A stretch of DNA of 64,000 nucleotides, from the NCBI RefSeq assembly GCF_009914755.1, contig NC_060925.1; one strand, 5' to 3'. The notes under the pieces are model-generated. The model did not search any database and was not told where the DNA came from. It was given only the letters and a program-made list of their open reading frames with translations. A program made the position numbers and the translations under genes. Positions 1-16,469 of the stretch are shown piece by piece. The stretch comes from the human T2T-CHM13v2.0 reference genome, Homo sapiens. Every line of letters begins with the position of its first letter. The stretch's first letter is position 1.

Positions 1-977
1 TGCAAACAGAGGAACTGCCAGCTCTCTGTGGCACTCTAGCTCTCTCTGTCAGTATTTGGTTGGCAATGTAGACATAGTGGATGAGTGCAATTACATATGT
101 TAGGCTCATTCTGAAATGCAGGAGCATTTTAGATTTTCATGTAGAAGCCTGACAAGCAAACTACATCTAGGATATACTTTGATAACTTTGAGTTGAGAGC
201 CAAATTTTTTGAAGGTAAACCATCTCCCTGTTTTAAAGTAGTGTTTAAAATTATAAAAATTTTAATACATCTGTAATATAAAATATTTAGATATAACTAC
301 TACAAGTGCAAATGAATTTTTTTTTTCTACTTCTGCATTCAACTTTTCTCTTCTCCCTTCAGGGAAAACACTTTTGTGTAAAGGCCTCCAAAATATATGT
401 AGAGGCGTATGTATGTTAAAAACATGTATACATATAATGCATAACCAAACAAATGAAATATCCTAAACATATGGACCTGAAAATTGCTTATAATAAATTT
501 GAACTGAACATATAGGCATAAATGTGGTTCAGAAGTGTCCAGTTGAAGCAACTTCACTTTGTTAGGTCAACAAAAGTTGGGGACACCAAGATCTACTCCT
601 CTGATTTTGTTCTAGCATTATCTTAATGGAAATGTTTACTGAAATGGAAATACATGTAGTGGACATCGTGGTGGTGTCTCAAGCATTCAGTGTTCCCTGC
701 TCTCACACACTCCTAACCAAATAATGAATTTCTCAGCTTCACAATGTTTAAGTGACATGAGTCCCATGCCCAATTCTTGGTCATTTTAATTGGTGCATGG
801 AAGGAACGTGTGCCTTCTGCTAATCAAATCAGAATGAAGTACAACTTTTTCATTCCATGATTGAAGAGGGAAATGCCTTCTTTCCAAATGCAGCAGAGGA
901 AGCACGAGGTACTAGGATTGGAAGTTGTCTACTCATGACATGATATTTTAAGCCATAGAATAAAACTGAGACCTAAT

Positions 978-1340
978 GTCTTAGTCCTTTCAGGTCGCTA
1001 TACCAGAATATCACAGCCTGGATGGTTTATGAACAACATAAATTTATTTCTTACAGTTCTAGAGGCCAGGAAGTCCAAGATCATGGTGTCAACAGATTCA
1101 GGGTCTAATGAGGATTTGTTTCCTGGTTCACAGACAGCTGTCTTTTTGCTGTGTCCTCACATGGAGGAAGGGGCAAGGAAGTTCTCTAAGGTCTCTTTTA
1201 TAAGGGCACTAATCCCATTCATGAGGGCTCTGTCCTCATGACCTAATCACCCCCCGAAGACCCACTGCCAAATATCATCACACTAGGGATTAGATTTAAA
1301 CATACAAATTTTGGGGGACTACAAACATTCAATCTATATC
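978..1340 (-). mobile_element. MaLR solo LTR (MLT1A-like)
   Basis: Begins tgtcttagtc; contains the MaLR-type blocks ctagaggccaggaagtccaagatcatggtg, aatcccattcatgaggg and acattcaatctata. Confidence 0.7.
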
Positions 1341-2316
1341 ACTTAAGGTAGAGTGAAGAAACAGGGAGGACAAGAAGCATTTATTTTGTGTCATTATTAA
1401 ACTTCTGCATTAAGCTATCTTGAGCCTATACTATTGTTCAAAATCTCTTTATTATACAAGCCATTTTGAATTTTGATTGTTTGCAACCAAAATTAACCTA
1501 ATAAGTTAAAATGTACTATAATGTTACATCATAATTTGTCTGTACTAGTAGTATTTGCTAGAGTGTTTAGGGGAATACTTGCTTGTTAACTTTTTAGTAA
1601 ATATAACACTCCATGTTCAAATACATTTGGGAAATGCTGAGCATTTCACACTTTTAGAGACTCAAAACAGGCAGCACATTTTTAAAAAATAAAAATAAAA
1701 CCAAATAGCATTGCATTTGGAGAATGGTACAAAAAAAGAGAATTTGATAAACCAGAGTTATCAGAACTCAGTGGATACTATGTGTTAGACATTATTATAA
1801 GCCATTAAACATTTTACAAGCTTGATACCTGAGTTAAAAATTAATAACCCAAAGACACATCAGAAGAGAAAAGTTGACATATTTTTATTATATTAATGAC
1901 CTAAAAATATCATAGCAACTAACGTCATTATAGTCAACAAGTGAATGAACGTAAATAATATTAAATAACTATTAGAAAGTCTCTCTGATTAAGCATGGAA
2001 ATAAATAGGCAGTGCTTTTGACCAATAAATGGAGGACTTACAATATTTTCCAATACGAAACAAAAAGATTCTAAATGTAAAGGTTTTAGGCCCAAAATAT
2101 GTTAGTCAATTCATGACAGCAGAAATTCAGCAGGTCATATTTTTGGGGTAATGTAAATGACAATAGAAATCATGGACTAAAGTGTAACAAATAAGTAATA
2201 TCTAGGCAGGTGGAAATTTTAAGATCTTTTAAATTAACTTCTGGACTATAGCAAAAATTCAAACTAAAATTCATCAGGGAGTCAGGGAAGGTCAAATGAA
2301 GAAGCATGGGGATTGA

Positions 2317-2575
<259 letters not shown>

Positions 2576-3163
2576 AAGTATTATCTTAATGTTATAGAAA
2601 AAAAGTAATTCTGGCCATATATAGGTATTATTCTTTGCAGTGGAATATCATTTCAGAAATTTGTGCCAAACATAAAATTAGTTTTCTAGTAGTAAAAAGT
2701 AATTAAACTCTAAATTATTATTACCCCTAGTATACTGGGGAATGAGTGTGTGTTCCAAATGAAAAAAACTTGGGATGTCTAATGAGATGCTGTTTTCTGT
2801 CGCAGAAAATCTATGTAAAATGTTTTTTCTCACGTGTACACTGTTGATATTTGAGACAGCACATGTTAACACTTCAAGAAGTAAAATAAATGTGTTGATT
2901 ATATCCACAGTTTTCATATTTATTAACTATATATTTTGTTTTTAATGTAATGCCTATTGAAAAACCTGTAAATAGTTGTTTCTTAAAATTGATAAATACT
3001 GCCTAAGATTTTTCTGTATATTTTCATATTTCAATTTTCCTGTGAGGTTAGAATGAACACTTTTAGCTAAGACATTTGGGCCTCCAAATCCTAAACCTTT
3101 CAGAATGTTAGTTTATTATTTGGCTTTTACCTAAATTATTTTCTGCTTATTCAAGATCCTTAG

Positions 3164-3586
<423 letters not shown>

Positions 3587-4945
3587 TGACACAGAATATA
3601 TCTTAATTTAAAAAGACATATGTTTGTTGAGCTATCTGTTACATTGGTATATCTTGGAATTTTAAAAAATATAAACCACAGAAGCCAATTATGGCTGACA
3701 TTAACAATAAATAGGTTTATCACAGAAATAGTGGGGAACTTGTAGAACTGTTGAGAAGGCTAGAGAGCCAGATCAAAGCTAGGCAGCCAGGAAATGTACC
3801 CCAAACCATGCTGTAGAACTCATCCAGGGAGGAAACCACTGTCACCACCAGTAAGAAGTAACACCGAAGATGCAGAGAGCAACAATTGCAGCAATTGCTC
3901 AATCCTAGGCTAACTGCAAAGCCACCAGCACCACTCCCACTTGTTCGCTTTGCAACAGATAGCTGCAAAGGAGGCTGAGAAAGCAAGCATTTGACATTTT
4001 AGCTTCTAAAGCAGGAGGTGGTTTCTTGTTTTCGTCAAAACTGAGAGGCTGAGGAATTCCTCAAACACAGGAACAAACATCAAATAGTAAATATTCATGC
4101 TTTAACTTGCTCAATATCAATATAAACTTTCCCTTTTGAAAGTAAACACGAAAGACCCAAGCTTCCTTCTAACAGAGTGCAACTATTTCTCTAATAATTG
4201 AACATGTACCTACAATCTCTTGAACAATGAAACAATAAAAAATTCTCAATCACAGCATGTACTCTAAGTCTAAGAATTCTGGGTTATGTCCATTCCTCTA
4301 CGAAGTTCTTCACTATACTCTCTTGACATTCTGCCATATATCATTTAAAAATTAAGTTAATCACCCTCAATAAGCCCTGTTTTAAAAAGAGGGATAAATG
4401 GAGAGGAAAGAAGGAAAGTTGTTAAGATACATAAGTATGCACAGGACAATACAAGAGAAACAATGTGTTTGGATGTAAAGGCTCTCCTTTCTGCAAGTGG
4501 CCAGCAGGTCACTATTGGCATCTATGGCCATGTGCCCTCAGCTAACACCTCTGCTAGTCAGGGTTTTGCCTTGTGAGATGACCAAATATTCATTCCTGAC
4601 AGAGAAATGTCCTTGATAATCTTTTTGTGTGAGCGTGCCATGGTCATTGTTAATTTCTTTCATTTAACAAAATAATAGACTTTATTTTTTGAGCAGTTTT
4701 AGCTTTATGGAAAGATCGAGCAGAAAGTACAGAGTTCTCACATACTGTCACCTTTATCCCACCCCCAGTTTACATTAGAGTTCACTCTTTGTGTGGTACA
4801 GGTCTAGGAGTTTTGCAAAACGCATAATGTCATGTACCCATCATTACATTATTACCAACGTATTTTCAATCCCCTAAAAATCGCCTGTTTCAGAACTATT
4901 TATCTCCCTACCCATCCCCAAACTCCTGGCAACCACTGAGCTTTT

Positions 4946-5712
4946 TTGTTGTTGTTGTTGTTACTTAGTTTTTATTTCATAATCATAAACTTAACTCAAC
5001 TCTGCAATCCAGCTAGGCATGGAAGGGAACAAGGAAAACATGGAACCCAAAGGGAACTGCAGCAAGAGCACAAAGATTCTAGGATATTGCAAGCAAATGT
5101 GGTGGAGGGGTGCTCTCCTGAGCTACAGAAGGAATGGGTCTGGTGGTGAAAATAAAACACAAGTCAAACTCATTAGAATTGTCCACAGTCAGCAATGGTG
5201 ATCTTCTTGCTGGTCTTGCTATTCCTGTACCCAAAGTGCTCCATGGCTTCCACAATATTCACACGTTCTTTCACCTTGCCAAACGCCACATGCTTGCCAT
5301 CCAACCACTCAGTCTTGGCAGCGCAGATGAAAAACTGGGAACCATTTGTGTTGGGTCCAGCATTTGCCATGGACAAGATGCCAGAACCTGTATGCTTTCG
5401 GATGAGGTTCTCATCATCAAATTTCTCCCCATAGATGGACTTGTCACCGGTGCCATTAGGGCGTGTGAAGTCACCACCCTGACACATAAACCCTGGAATA
5501 ATTCTGTGAAAGCAGGAACCCTTATAACGAAATCCTTTCTCTCCAGTGCTCAGAGCACGAAAGTTTTCTGCTGTCTTTGGAATCTTGTCTGCAAACAGTT
5601 TGATGGAGATGCGGCCCAAGGGCTTGCCATCCCTGGTGATTTCAAAAAAGACGACGGAGTTGACCATGGCTGATAGTACAGGGCTCACAGCGATGGTGGC
5701 GTCTGCAAAGAT
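4946..5712 (-). other. Processed (retrotransposed) PPIA mRNA copy with 5' UTR, CDS, 3' UTR, poly(A) remnant and 15-bp TSD
   Basis: Intronless; PPIA-like 5' UTR TTTGCAGACGCCACC; AATAAA near 4971-4976 on the minus strand; degenerate (AAC)n/A tail; TSD aaccactga(g/t)ctttt at 4931-4945 and 5713-5727. Confidence 0.92.
5173..5667 (-). CDS. PPIAL4 (D/E/F-type): Peptidyl-prolyl cis-trans isomerase A-like 4 (cyclophilin A retrogene), 164 aa
   Basis: ATG at 5667 in a GCCATGG context; [18 protein letters not shown]...TIADCGQF* is about 85% identical to CypA; the FEITRD and FTRPNG residues match the D/E/F-type paralogs as I recall them; exact paralog not determinable. Confidence 0.92.
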   Translation of the reverse strand: MVNSVVFFEITRDGKPLGRISIKLFADKIPKTAENFRALSTGEKGFRYKGSCFHRIIPGFMCQGGDFTRPNGTGDKSIYGEKFDDENLIRKHTGSGILSMANAGPNTNGSQFFICAAKTEWLDGKHVAFGKVKERVNIVEAMEHFGYRNSKTSKKITIADCGQF

Positions 5713-5969
5713 AACCACTGATCTTTTCACTGTCTTTATAGTTTGGCCTTTTCCAGAGTGTTGTATAGTTGAAATCACAGTATGTACCCTTTTCAGACTG
5801 GCTTCTTTCACTTAGCAAAATGTCTTTGTTTTTCTGTATCTTTTTGTGGCTTGATAGTTTTTTCCTTTTAGCACTGAATAATATTCCACTGTAGGAATAT
5901 ACCACAGTTTGCTTATGCAGTCACCTATTGAAGGACATCTTGGTTGCTTCCAAGTTGTGGCAGTCTTCA

Positions 5970-5971
5970 TT

Positions 5972-6047
<76 letters not shown>

Positions 6048-6210
6048 TTTTTTTTTTTTTTTTTTGAGACAGAGTCTTGCTCTGTCACCCAGGCTGGAGT
6101 GAAGTGGCACAATCTCAGCTCATTGCAACCTCCGCCTCCCAGGTTCAAGTGATTCTCTTCCTCAGCCTCTGGAGTAGCTGGGATTACAGGTGTGCACCAC
6201 CATGCCTGGT
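5970..6210 (-). mobile_element. Partial Alu with (TTTC)n-expanded tail
   Basis: (TTTC)n at 5970-6045, then poly-T and the Alu right arm. Confidence 0.85.
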
Positions 6211-6214
6211 TAGT

Positions 6215-8470
6215 CTTCAGGAATATTTACAGGACTGTATAGAATTAGGAGCCATCAAAGGGGATCCCTGAATTCTTTCTGTTTTTCTTACAAATACCAG
6301 TTTTAAGGTCAAGATTTACTACCCCATGCCACAGTGTAGCCGCATTTTAAATTTTAAATTTTTGACTGTTTGTTTAAAGGTCTCAGGCAACCTAAAAGGC
6401 TAGATAGAAGTCTCTCATCCTCTAACGAAGGATGGATTGTAAAATGGAATACTGCTAAGACTCTCCCTTTGGGTACTAATTCTGCAAAAACCTAGAATCT
6501 CAGAGACAAGAGACAAGTATTTGGAGTGGATCATTAGATGTAATGACAAAAGGAGTCACTTCAACATTCATAACAAATATCAAAGATTGTTGTATTTTTT
6601 ATATAGGAGACACCAGACAAGCTTATACTTAGTTACTAGTTCAGAGGATACACCACCACATCCTCTAGCATGAGTACAACCTTATAAGCCATTGTCTCCA
6701 GCTGGCACTGTGATTGAGTCTTTAATAAAATATTCACCATTCTGTAATAATAATAATTTTGGTTAGTGATAGGATAAATGGTGGACCAGGTGAGTCCAAT
6801 GAATATCTACTCATTTGTTATACAACAAGTTCTTTTAAGAGAAGGATGTAGAACAGGATATTATGGCAGTATATATAAGGCATTCAATGTACCCGTGGAG
6901 AGTGGCGATCAGAGAAAAATGATGTCAGGTAAAGCAAATGTAATTCAAGGTTAAAGGTAGATTCCATTTACAAAATTCCTTGTTGCCTTTATCATAGAGG
7001 AGTTCCAATAAAATCAACAAGTCTGACAAAAGGTGACTGGTTTATTCACCCAGGATATGTTATTGTGTGCTTAGCCTTGGACTTTGTTGCTTGTGTGTTG
7101 GACACCTAATAGTCTTGACAGCTAAATAGGCTTTTGTAAGCGAGAGTGGTAAAGTCCAACATGTTGCTAAACCTATGTGTATTCTCTACTGCTACCACCA
7201 ATGTTGCTGTTTATTAGCCTTCTAAGCAAGCAATGTAGTGCCTGGTGAAAGAGATTGTTTCATACCTTCATATCTATTTGATAACCTTCCTGATGATAGT
7301 TTGGTGAGCATTCGTATTAAGCACAAATATTCTTACACTCTGGCTCATTTTCTGTGGTTCATCTACATATTTTTTCCCCAAAACTCATTGCCACCAATCC
7401 TTCAGTCTTTGTCTTTCCGAGTCCCTAATTATCTTTTCTTTTCTTTTTTTTTTTTTTTTTTTTGAGACAGAGTTTCGCTTTGTTGCCCAGGCTGGAGTGC
7501 AGTGGTGCAATCTTGGTTCACTGCAACTTCTTCCTCCTGGATTCAAGAGATTCTCCTGCCTCAGCCTCCCAAGTAGCTAGGATTGCAGGCACACACCACC
7601 ACATCTGGCTAATTTTTGTATTTTTAGTAGAGACGGAGTTTCACCATGTCAGCCAGGCTGGTTTCGAACTCCTGACCTCAGACAATCCACCTGTCCTGTC
7701 CTCCAAAAGTTCTGGGATTACAGGTGTGAGCCATCAGGCCTGGCCCCAAGTCCCTAATTATCTAGACAAATTATTAGCTGCCACATATACATCAATAATA
7801 TCTCTCCTTCTAGACATCGTGGACAACCAATTACATAGGCTGAATTTCTTTTAAAATTGCATTCACGTAGGTTATAATGCCTAAGCAATCTACTTTTGGC
7901 TGCTGCTGTGATGTTGTACAGTGACTTCTGTAAATCAGGCTCAATTTTTCCCTCACTAATCAACTGGCCATAGAGAACTTCCCATGAAGACATAGGTATA
8001 GATTCTATTATTCCTACCTGCTGATGAAGCAGGATAGTTAATTGGAAAACACTTATTTCATGATAAGCAGCTCATGTTGTCATATTTTTTTGCATTGATA
8101 GGACTTCAGTTTCTACAATGGTCCAGGATCAATCAAGAGTTCTTTAAAGAAAACATTTATTTTGTCAAAGAAATGCATTTTGTTCCAAATCCTAAGAACA
8201 ATAGTAGTGGTGTGTCAGAGGCTCTATTGCATCTGGATATAAAAACAAAGGGGCACAATATTCCTGACCAGTTGGGAATTATTATCTTCATCTCAATCCC
8301 ATCAAAAGGTGGCAGCATGACAAGTCATGAAGTAAAAGGACCAGGTGATAAAATGAGGTCTCCAAAATCCAAAGCATCAAAGTTCTCAGTTAGTGGTCAG
8401 GGCTGCAAAGTGCCATAATTTTGCACTTTGGAAGGTATATCTTGAGAATATTGAGTGTATGAGACAAGTT
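6215..8470 (-). mobile_element. Degenerate ERVL-type internal (pol) remnant, Alu-interrupted
   Basis: Minus strand near 8350-8445 reads, with frameshifts, DIPSKV...LWHFAALTT...GFWRPH, resembling ERVL RT; boundaries uncertain. Confidence 0.5.
7436..7745 (-). mobile_element. Alu
   Basis: Dimeric Alu; TSD agtccctaattatct. Confidence 0.9.
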
Positions 8471-8483
8471 AAAAGGTCATGCA

Positions 8484-8797
<314 letters not shown>

Positions 8798-9459
8798 AAA
8801 AGTTCGTGATTAACACCTCTGTTAGCCTCTGATCTTTATAATAATTATCACACACACACAAACCAAACACCACACATAGAGGAAACAGTAAAAGATTAAA
8901 GGACACAGCTAAAAATACATTTGTATTATTACTTCCCAAAGTTCTAAAATTATCAGAAGGGACTAGTGAATCTTTAAAAAATATTGATTATCCAACACTT
9001 TTTAATAACCAGTATAATTGCATTGAAGGCTACTGAACATGCACATGTTCCTAAAATTTTTCTGTTATGGTGTCTGGTTTGCGAAAGGAACAAAATTAAA
9101 CATAGTTCCTTGGCAATTTTTCCCTCTTCCACTCTACTAATTGGCGTATGTGCGATGTGTGTTTATTGTAAAATAGGAATAAGATTCAGAGGTCAAGAAT
9201 CAAAGTGAGTCAGAGTAGGAAAAGCCAGACTCAAGCATAACAGAAGGGCAGAGCCTGTCAAACCCCAAAATTAAAGGGTAAATTTCAACACAAGTAGAAG
9301 TGGTTCAAAAGCTAAGGGCATCCTCATAGTTCATGAAAAACAAGTATTCACGCAGGTAGCAGACTCTAATCTGCTTCAAGCCAATGTGCTATTCTCTTCG
9401 TGTTATTTATATCCCTCAGAATACCTCAAAGTTCCCAAGAGCAGTCAGTATTTAACTCT

Positions 9460-9882
<423 letters not shown>

Positions 9883-10712
9883 CAACTATGTAATATTTTA
9901 ATTGTGTAGTGATAACCCTCATCAAAAGAAGTATTCATTATGGTCAGTGTACTCTGCTTATTTACCACTGAAGCTTAACACAAAATTGTTGAAATAAACA
10001 TGCATATTGAAGTACTTAGCTAGCTATTGAGGCAATACAGGTTTCTAGATTTACTCATTTTTTTCACTGTACACACATGTCGTGTGTGTCATGATAAACC
10101 CATGTGTGTGCATATATTGATTAAATATTATATTTCTTTTTACTTTTATTATTATTATTGAGAAAAGATCTCACTCTGTCGCCCAGGCTGGAGTGCAGCG
10201 GCACAATCTCGGCTGCCTGCAGCCTTGTCCTCCCAAAGCCCTAGACCCTGTAACATAATGGAATATGTATGTTTCTAATTTGTGCAATATGGAAGCAGGA
10301 ATACTACATAGAACTGTCATCTTTTCCTATTGCATTTATTTTGGTGTGGAAAAATATAATAATTGGCTTCAGTCAGTAAGTCTATTTCATTCAAGAATAT
10401 TTAAATATAATCCAAACCATCTTAGGTACATTTTGTGATACAAGAGGATGGTATCTTCTATTTGGAAATATAAAATCCCAGGGTCTCACAGTTTAAGTAT
10501 ACTTTCCAGGGGTATGTATAAAACAAGAATCCCACTTTACAAAGTTAATAGAAAAAATATATGCTAATTGGAAGGAGAGGCTTCTGATTGAGGATAAAGT
10601 GGAAATTTTCACATACTGCTAATTACACTTTAATGGAGTAAGAAAAAAAGAATTGGAAATAGTACCCTATAAAACTTCTGAAATGAAATTACAGTTTCTC
10701 TCTCTCTCTCTC

Positions 10713-10928
<216 letters not shown>

Positions 10929-11464
10929 TAGAATTAGGAGAACTGATTTTTTTCAGTGCTAAACTGGCACTGTCCTATGTTTTCAAGAAAGCAATATGGT
11001 GAAACGAAAGAGCCTGGATAGCATGTTTTGTTAGCTGGCGTCTAGTTCTTTAAGTTCCATGAGTCTATTGTGTCTTCTTTACATCTCAAAAAGAAGAGAG
11101 AAGAAACCTGCATCTAATTACTGAAGCAGTTTCATTCAGCAAATGTAATTGCATCGCAGGCACATCTCAAATTAAAAATCTTCATCTTGGTCTCTGTCAT
11201 TTCCATTTTAAACTGGGACTGAATAACCTGTTTTGCCACTCAAAATAATAGCCAGTGTCTCTTTCTTATTAAAATATGTGATCTTTTGCTTGATTACCTA
11301 ATTATGTCACCTGCACCTTACATGAGGCAGATAGAAGAGTCTTCCAGTCTGCCAGAGCAGATCTACCAAACTAGACTGCACATACAAATTACCTGGGGAT
11401 CCTGATAAATTACAGATTCTGAGTCTGCTTTCAAAGAGGGCCTCAAGTCAAGCTGATGGTATTA

Positions 11465-11897
<433 letters not shown>

Positions 11898-14800
11898 TTA
11901 ACCTATTTAGAATAAAACCCATTATGGTCCTAGGAATTTCTGGAACTGCCTTACTTGTGAGAAACATGATCCTAAGATGCCCATTTGTTTATCAGTACAT
12001 CAATTTTCTCCTTCTTGAATTGGTATCATTATTTTCTTCCAAGAAGCCTAGCACACTTTTGTTGTTGTCATTGAAAGAGGGCATATAAGGGTTATGGCTG
12101 CTATTTGGAGAAATGCATTAGAAAATAAAAAGCTTGAAAAAGTTGTATTACTGAGAAAAAAGTTGAATGAAAATAAGAAAGATTAAATTGAAATAAATAA
12201 TGAATCAGTAAGGTATGCACTGTTAAACACTTGATGGGATTTCCCAAGTATCAACATGCTGATAACTTGAAATAAGAATGGGAGAAAAGGTCAATATGAA
12301 TTCTTAAAATGTTGAAGGCTGGGAATAAGAAGTAATATATCACAGAATCTGATAGAAAAATTTTTATTTATTTTATGGGAGAAAATGGGAGACTAACAGA
12401 CAATAGGAATAGGAAAGAATAGAAATAGCAAAAAGAAGTGTATCTGCAATTATTAATATAATACAAGAGGACATTGTGTAGAGATATTTAAAGAAAGATT
12501 GATGAAATTTAGATTTATGGAGAAATATCCTAATAAAGACATTATTTATAATCAACTGTTCATCATTATTATATAATTCTGACATTTTTTAGGTTATAAA
12601 TGTAAGGCAGAAAGATCTAATATAAAATGTATAAATGGGACAACATATAATTTTGCTTAGGAAGTTGAATAAATAAAGTAGTGATTTACGATTTGCATTA
12701 ATATAAAAAAATTTAAAAAATGGTTTACATTTTGTTTGAAATGGATCATAAACAGGAAAAGAGTAATTTAGTACATTGAGTAATTTAGTACATTGGTCAC
12801 CAAAGAAATACAAATTGAAACTATAAGATGCCTTCTCACATCTTTGTCAGATTTGCAGGTATAAAAACAGTAGTAGTTGTATTGGTTGGAGAACAGAAAG
12901 ATGACACTTTCATATGCGGCTGATTAGAGCACAGATTGGTATATTATTTCTGAGATGCAATTTGAAAATATGTACCATCAGCCTCAAAGATGATTATGAC
13001 CATGTGTCACTACTTTCTTGGAAATCATTATTAATGCATGTATAGATTGATGTTTACTGTAGTATTACTTAACTTAATGAGTTGAGTACAACCTTCACTC
13101 CCAAAAAACATGAGGTAGGGGTGAACTAGTTAAATATACAATCACAATGAGCTATGACAAAATGCAGTTAGTTAAAAGCACATTTATAAGACTATTAATG
13201 GCAATAAACATGATTTAATATAATGTTTTCAAAAATTAGGGGAATTCTATTCCCAGCATTGTGGTAGACTAAATTTGCTGAATCACTATCCTGCTATATG
13301 AAATCTACAAATACCAGATAAAATGTACATGTCATTTTTCAAAAGTATATTACTGACTTGAATAGAAATTAAGGTGAACCACATAGGCCAAGCATAAGGA
13401 GAATACATAAATCCAGAGAGGTATGCAGACCCCCAAACCAGAAGCTTCCATAAGGACAGTCCTGGCCCTAGTACCCTGAGCTTCAATTTTTATGACCACC
13501 TGGGATATGGGAGAGTGTGAGACAAAACCTAGTGCCTGCCCAGTATAGCAGTCTTACAGGAGAAAACTGCTGAAAGCCAGAGATACGAAGGACTATAATT
13601 TCAGGGAAAGGATAAACTAGATAAAAACCTGTTCCTCAGGGGGAGACAACCAGGAAATTTTCCTGCCTCAAACTCGGTGCTATTTAGAGGAAAAATGAGA
13701 AGGCCATCTTCACATGAATTTGTGGTTTAAATTTTCACTGTAAGTATAAGTTAAAAAAAACCCACACATGAAACTGATAATTTATTTTATAGTTATCCCA
13801 TGTTGGTATTACCACCAAACACAAGACGAAGGCAAAGTGTCTTTGGAGAAACCCACATTCAGCCCATGTCTCAAAGAATGGCCACAGGTAAAATTTCATC
13901 CAAAATGAGAAAAAAGTAAGACTCTTACAAAACTCATGAGGAAATAAACATCATGAGCAGAAACAGAATTATGCCCATAAAGATTTCAGATATTAGGACG
14001 ATTATATAACTATAAAAGCTGTGTTTAATATGTTTAAAAAATCAATGAGGTGTGCCAGGAATATAAATTGAGACAGTGTATGTATCTTATATTAAGCAGA
14101 TTGAAACTGAATTTAAGAGATCTTTTAGAAATAAAAAATATAATGAAAATTAAAAACTAAATGGACAGGTTAAACACAATATTGGATAGAACCAAAAAGA
14201 AAATAAGTGAGTTGGAAGTTAGACTAAACAAATTATGCTGAAGACAGTACAGAGGAGGAAAGGAAAATGGATATGTGAAATAGAGGTTGAAAAATTAGAG
14301 TATCTAATCATATCTGCAAAAGAAAAATTGAATTGGGGGAAGGTTATATTTAAGGTTATATTTAATATCTGAGGGCTTTTCGTCATTGGAATTTATTAAT
14401 GTTCAAGGAAACCTGGAAAGTTTTCTAACACATTAAAGGAGCTTTAATTATAAGTTCCAAATTCTTCTTAGAAGAAGAGAACCAGCAGGCCCAGACATTT
14501 TTACTGGTGAGTTCTATCAAATGTTTTCAAGAAATGGATTATTTCCATTTTATAAAAACAACTCCAGAATAAAAAAAGGTCCATTTGTTCGTTCATTTTA
14601 TGAGGCCAGTACAACCTTGATACCAATGTTATATGAGAAATGTGTAAGACAGGAAAATTACATGCCAACTTTCCTCATGAACCTAACGGCAAACATTTTA
14701 AATTAAAAGTTAGCAAATTAAGTTTAGAAGTCTATAAAAAATATAGTATGAAAATTGTGTTTGTTCCATGAATGCAAGGATTTCTAACAATAGAAAAAAA

Positions 14801-16469
14801 AAACTATGTATAATTCATCACATTAACAAGTTAAAGGAGGAAAAGCAAATCATCATTGTAGGAGAGGCAAAAAGTGAATTCAATAAAATAAAATATTTAA
14901 CTTTGACAAATCTTGTTTAGCAAACAAGAAATAGAAGAGCTTTCAGTGTTTGCTTATAAATCAGAAACTATTCTTCGTCTTTCAAGCAGAGGTGATTTAA
15001 TACAGGTGATTGATTACACAAGTGATGGAAGCCAAACCAGGCTTGGTGAGTCAGCAGCCCATATTTAATATATTTATATATTAAATATTTAATTATACTT
15101 CAAAACTTTTATGTACACTATAATCTCATTATTGTTTTCTATACTATTATATGCAATATACAAATACAGAAATACAGAAATGTACCTCAGTTTGAAAGAG
15201 AATTTGAATATGAGGCAAAAAGATACCCCCAAATTATAGTTACATTACAAGAATTGAATTTAAGAAGGAAGAAGCAAATTGCAAGAGATAAGGCCAAGCC
15301 TCTTTAGTAATGATCATTCTAAATCCAATTGGTATAAATTTAGGAACGCACAACTGGATTGCAGTGTAACTAAGAAAGTTTGTGTGTCAATAACCATATT
15401 TATCCTATGTGAAGAAATAATAGTTTCATAGGAGAAGGTTAATTGGCATGGAGTCTGTAAAAGAGAAGTTTGGATAGATGATTGAGCTATGTATTTGTCA
15501 AATAATATCTAAAGGTAAAAAGAGATCTAGTTCACAGAGGCGAATCTCTGATTTTTTAATTTGCATTAACAGAAACAACATTGGAAGGGAGTATATTAAG
15601 ATTTTAATAGTGACTATTTCTGCCAATGGTTTCTGTTTTATTGTTTACTATTTTTGGTATATTTCCAATGTTTCTTAATAAGTGTTTATTATTTAAAAAA
15701 TGAGAAAACAGCAATGAGTAATTCAGTAAAATAACATTTTTCAAAATTGTGACTGCTATGATTATGAGCCAATTATGAAAGAAAGAGACACAGATAGAAA
15801 TAGGGTGACCAATCTTTCAACTTACTCAGGAATGAAGGATTTTCTGGATGGGGGATTTTTGTTGCTAAAATCGGGACAGTAGGGGACATATTGGGACTGT
15901 GGAAAAACCCTACAGGGATTTATTTCCTAACTATGAATTTCTATCTTGGTCTAGAGACGACTGTTCTCATAAATAGGTAGAATAGATGTGGTATTTCTGG
16001 AATGAGATTTAACATCTTTACGTAGCTTGCCCTATTAAAAGTAGACAAATGCTTGTGAGAGAATATCATATACTTTTGAAAGCTAATGTCTTAACTAATT
16101 CGCTGTGAGCAAAGCTCTTGAAGACTGTGATGTAACAGAGATTCCTAGGTATCAGTGAAGATACGGAGATGAAAAAGGGAAGTTGAAAAAAGAAGCTGAG
16201 AGATAAGCATGGAAATCATTTTCCAAACTCATTTTTCCAATCTCCATTTTCCTGTATTGAGAAGTGAAAATATGTTTTCTAGAGATAAAGTTCTAGAAAT
16301 GAACTCTGACATAGATATTTTAAAACCCATTTCAGAAACAAAATAATATGTGAACCTAGAGTAGTTGTAATTTATGTCCTTTTGTCTGTCTTTATCCTGT
16401 AGTTAAGTTTCCCTTGGGATCTCTTTGGGAAAATGGAGTACTGCATTTTACAAGGCAGGACTTGAATTT

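Larger units (their letters stand above)
4680..5965 (-). mobile_element. Old L1M 3' fragment interrupted by the PPIA retrocopy
   Basis: L1M-type text (ctcctggcaaccactgatctttt...cagactggcttctttcacttagc...ttgaaggacatcttggttgcttcca) is continuous once 4946-5727 is removed. Confidence 0.65.

Noticed and set aside
5134-5673. 179-aa plus-strand ORF
   Set aside because: Antisense shadow of the cyclophilin CDS
5668-5811. 48-aa N-terminal extension of the PPIAL4 ORF (212 aa in the track)
   Set aside because: Starts at GTG, crosses the TSD into flanking L1 sequence; the PPIA-homologous ATG is at 5667
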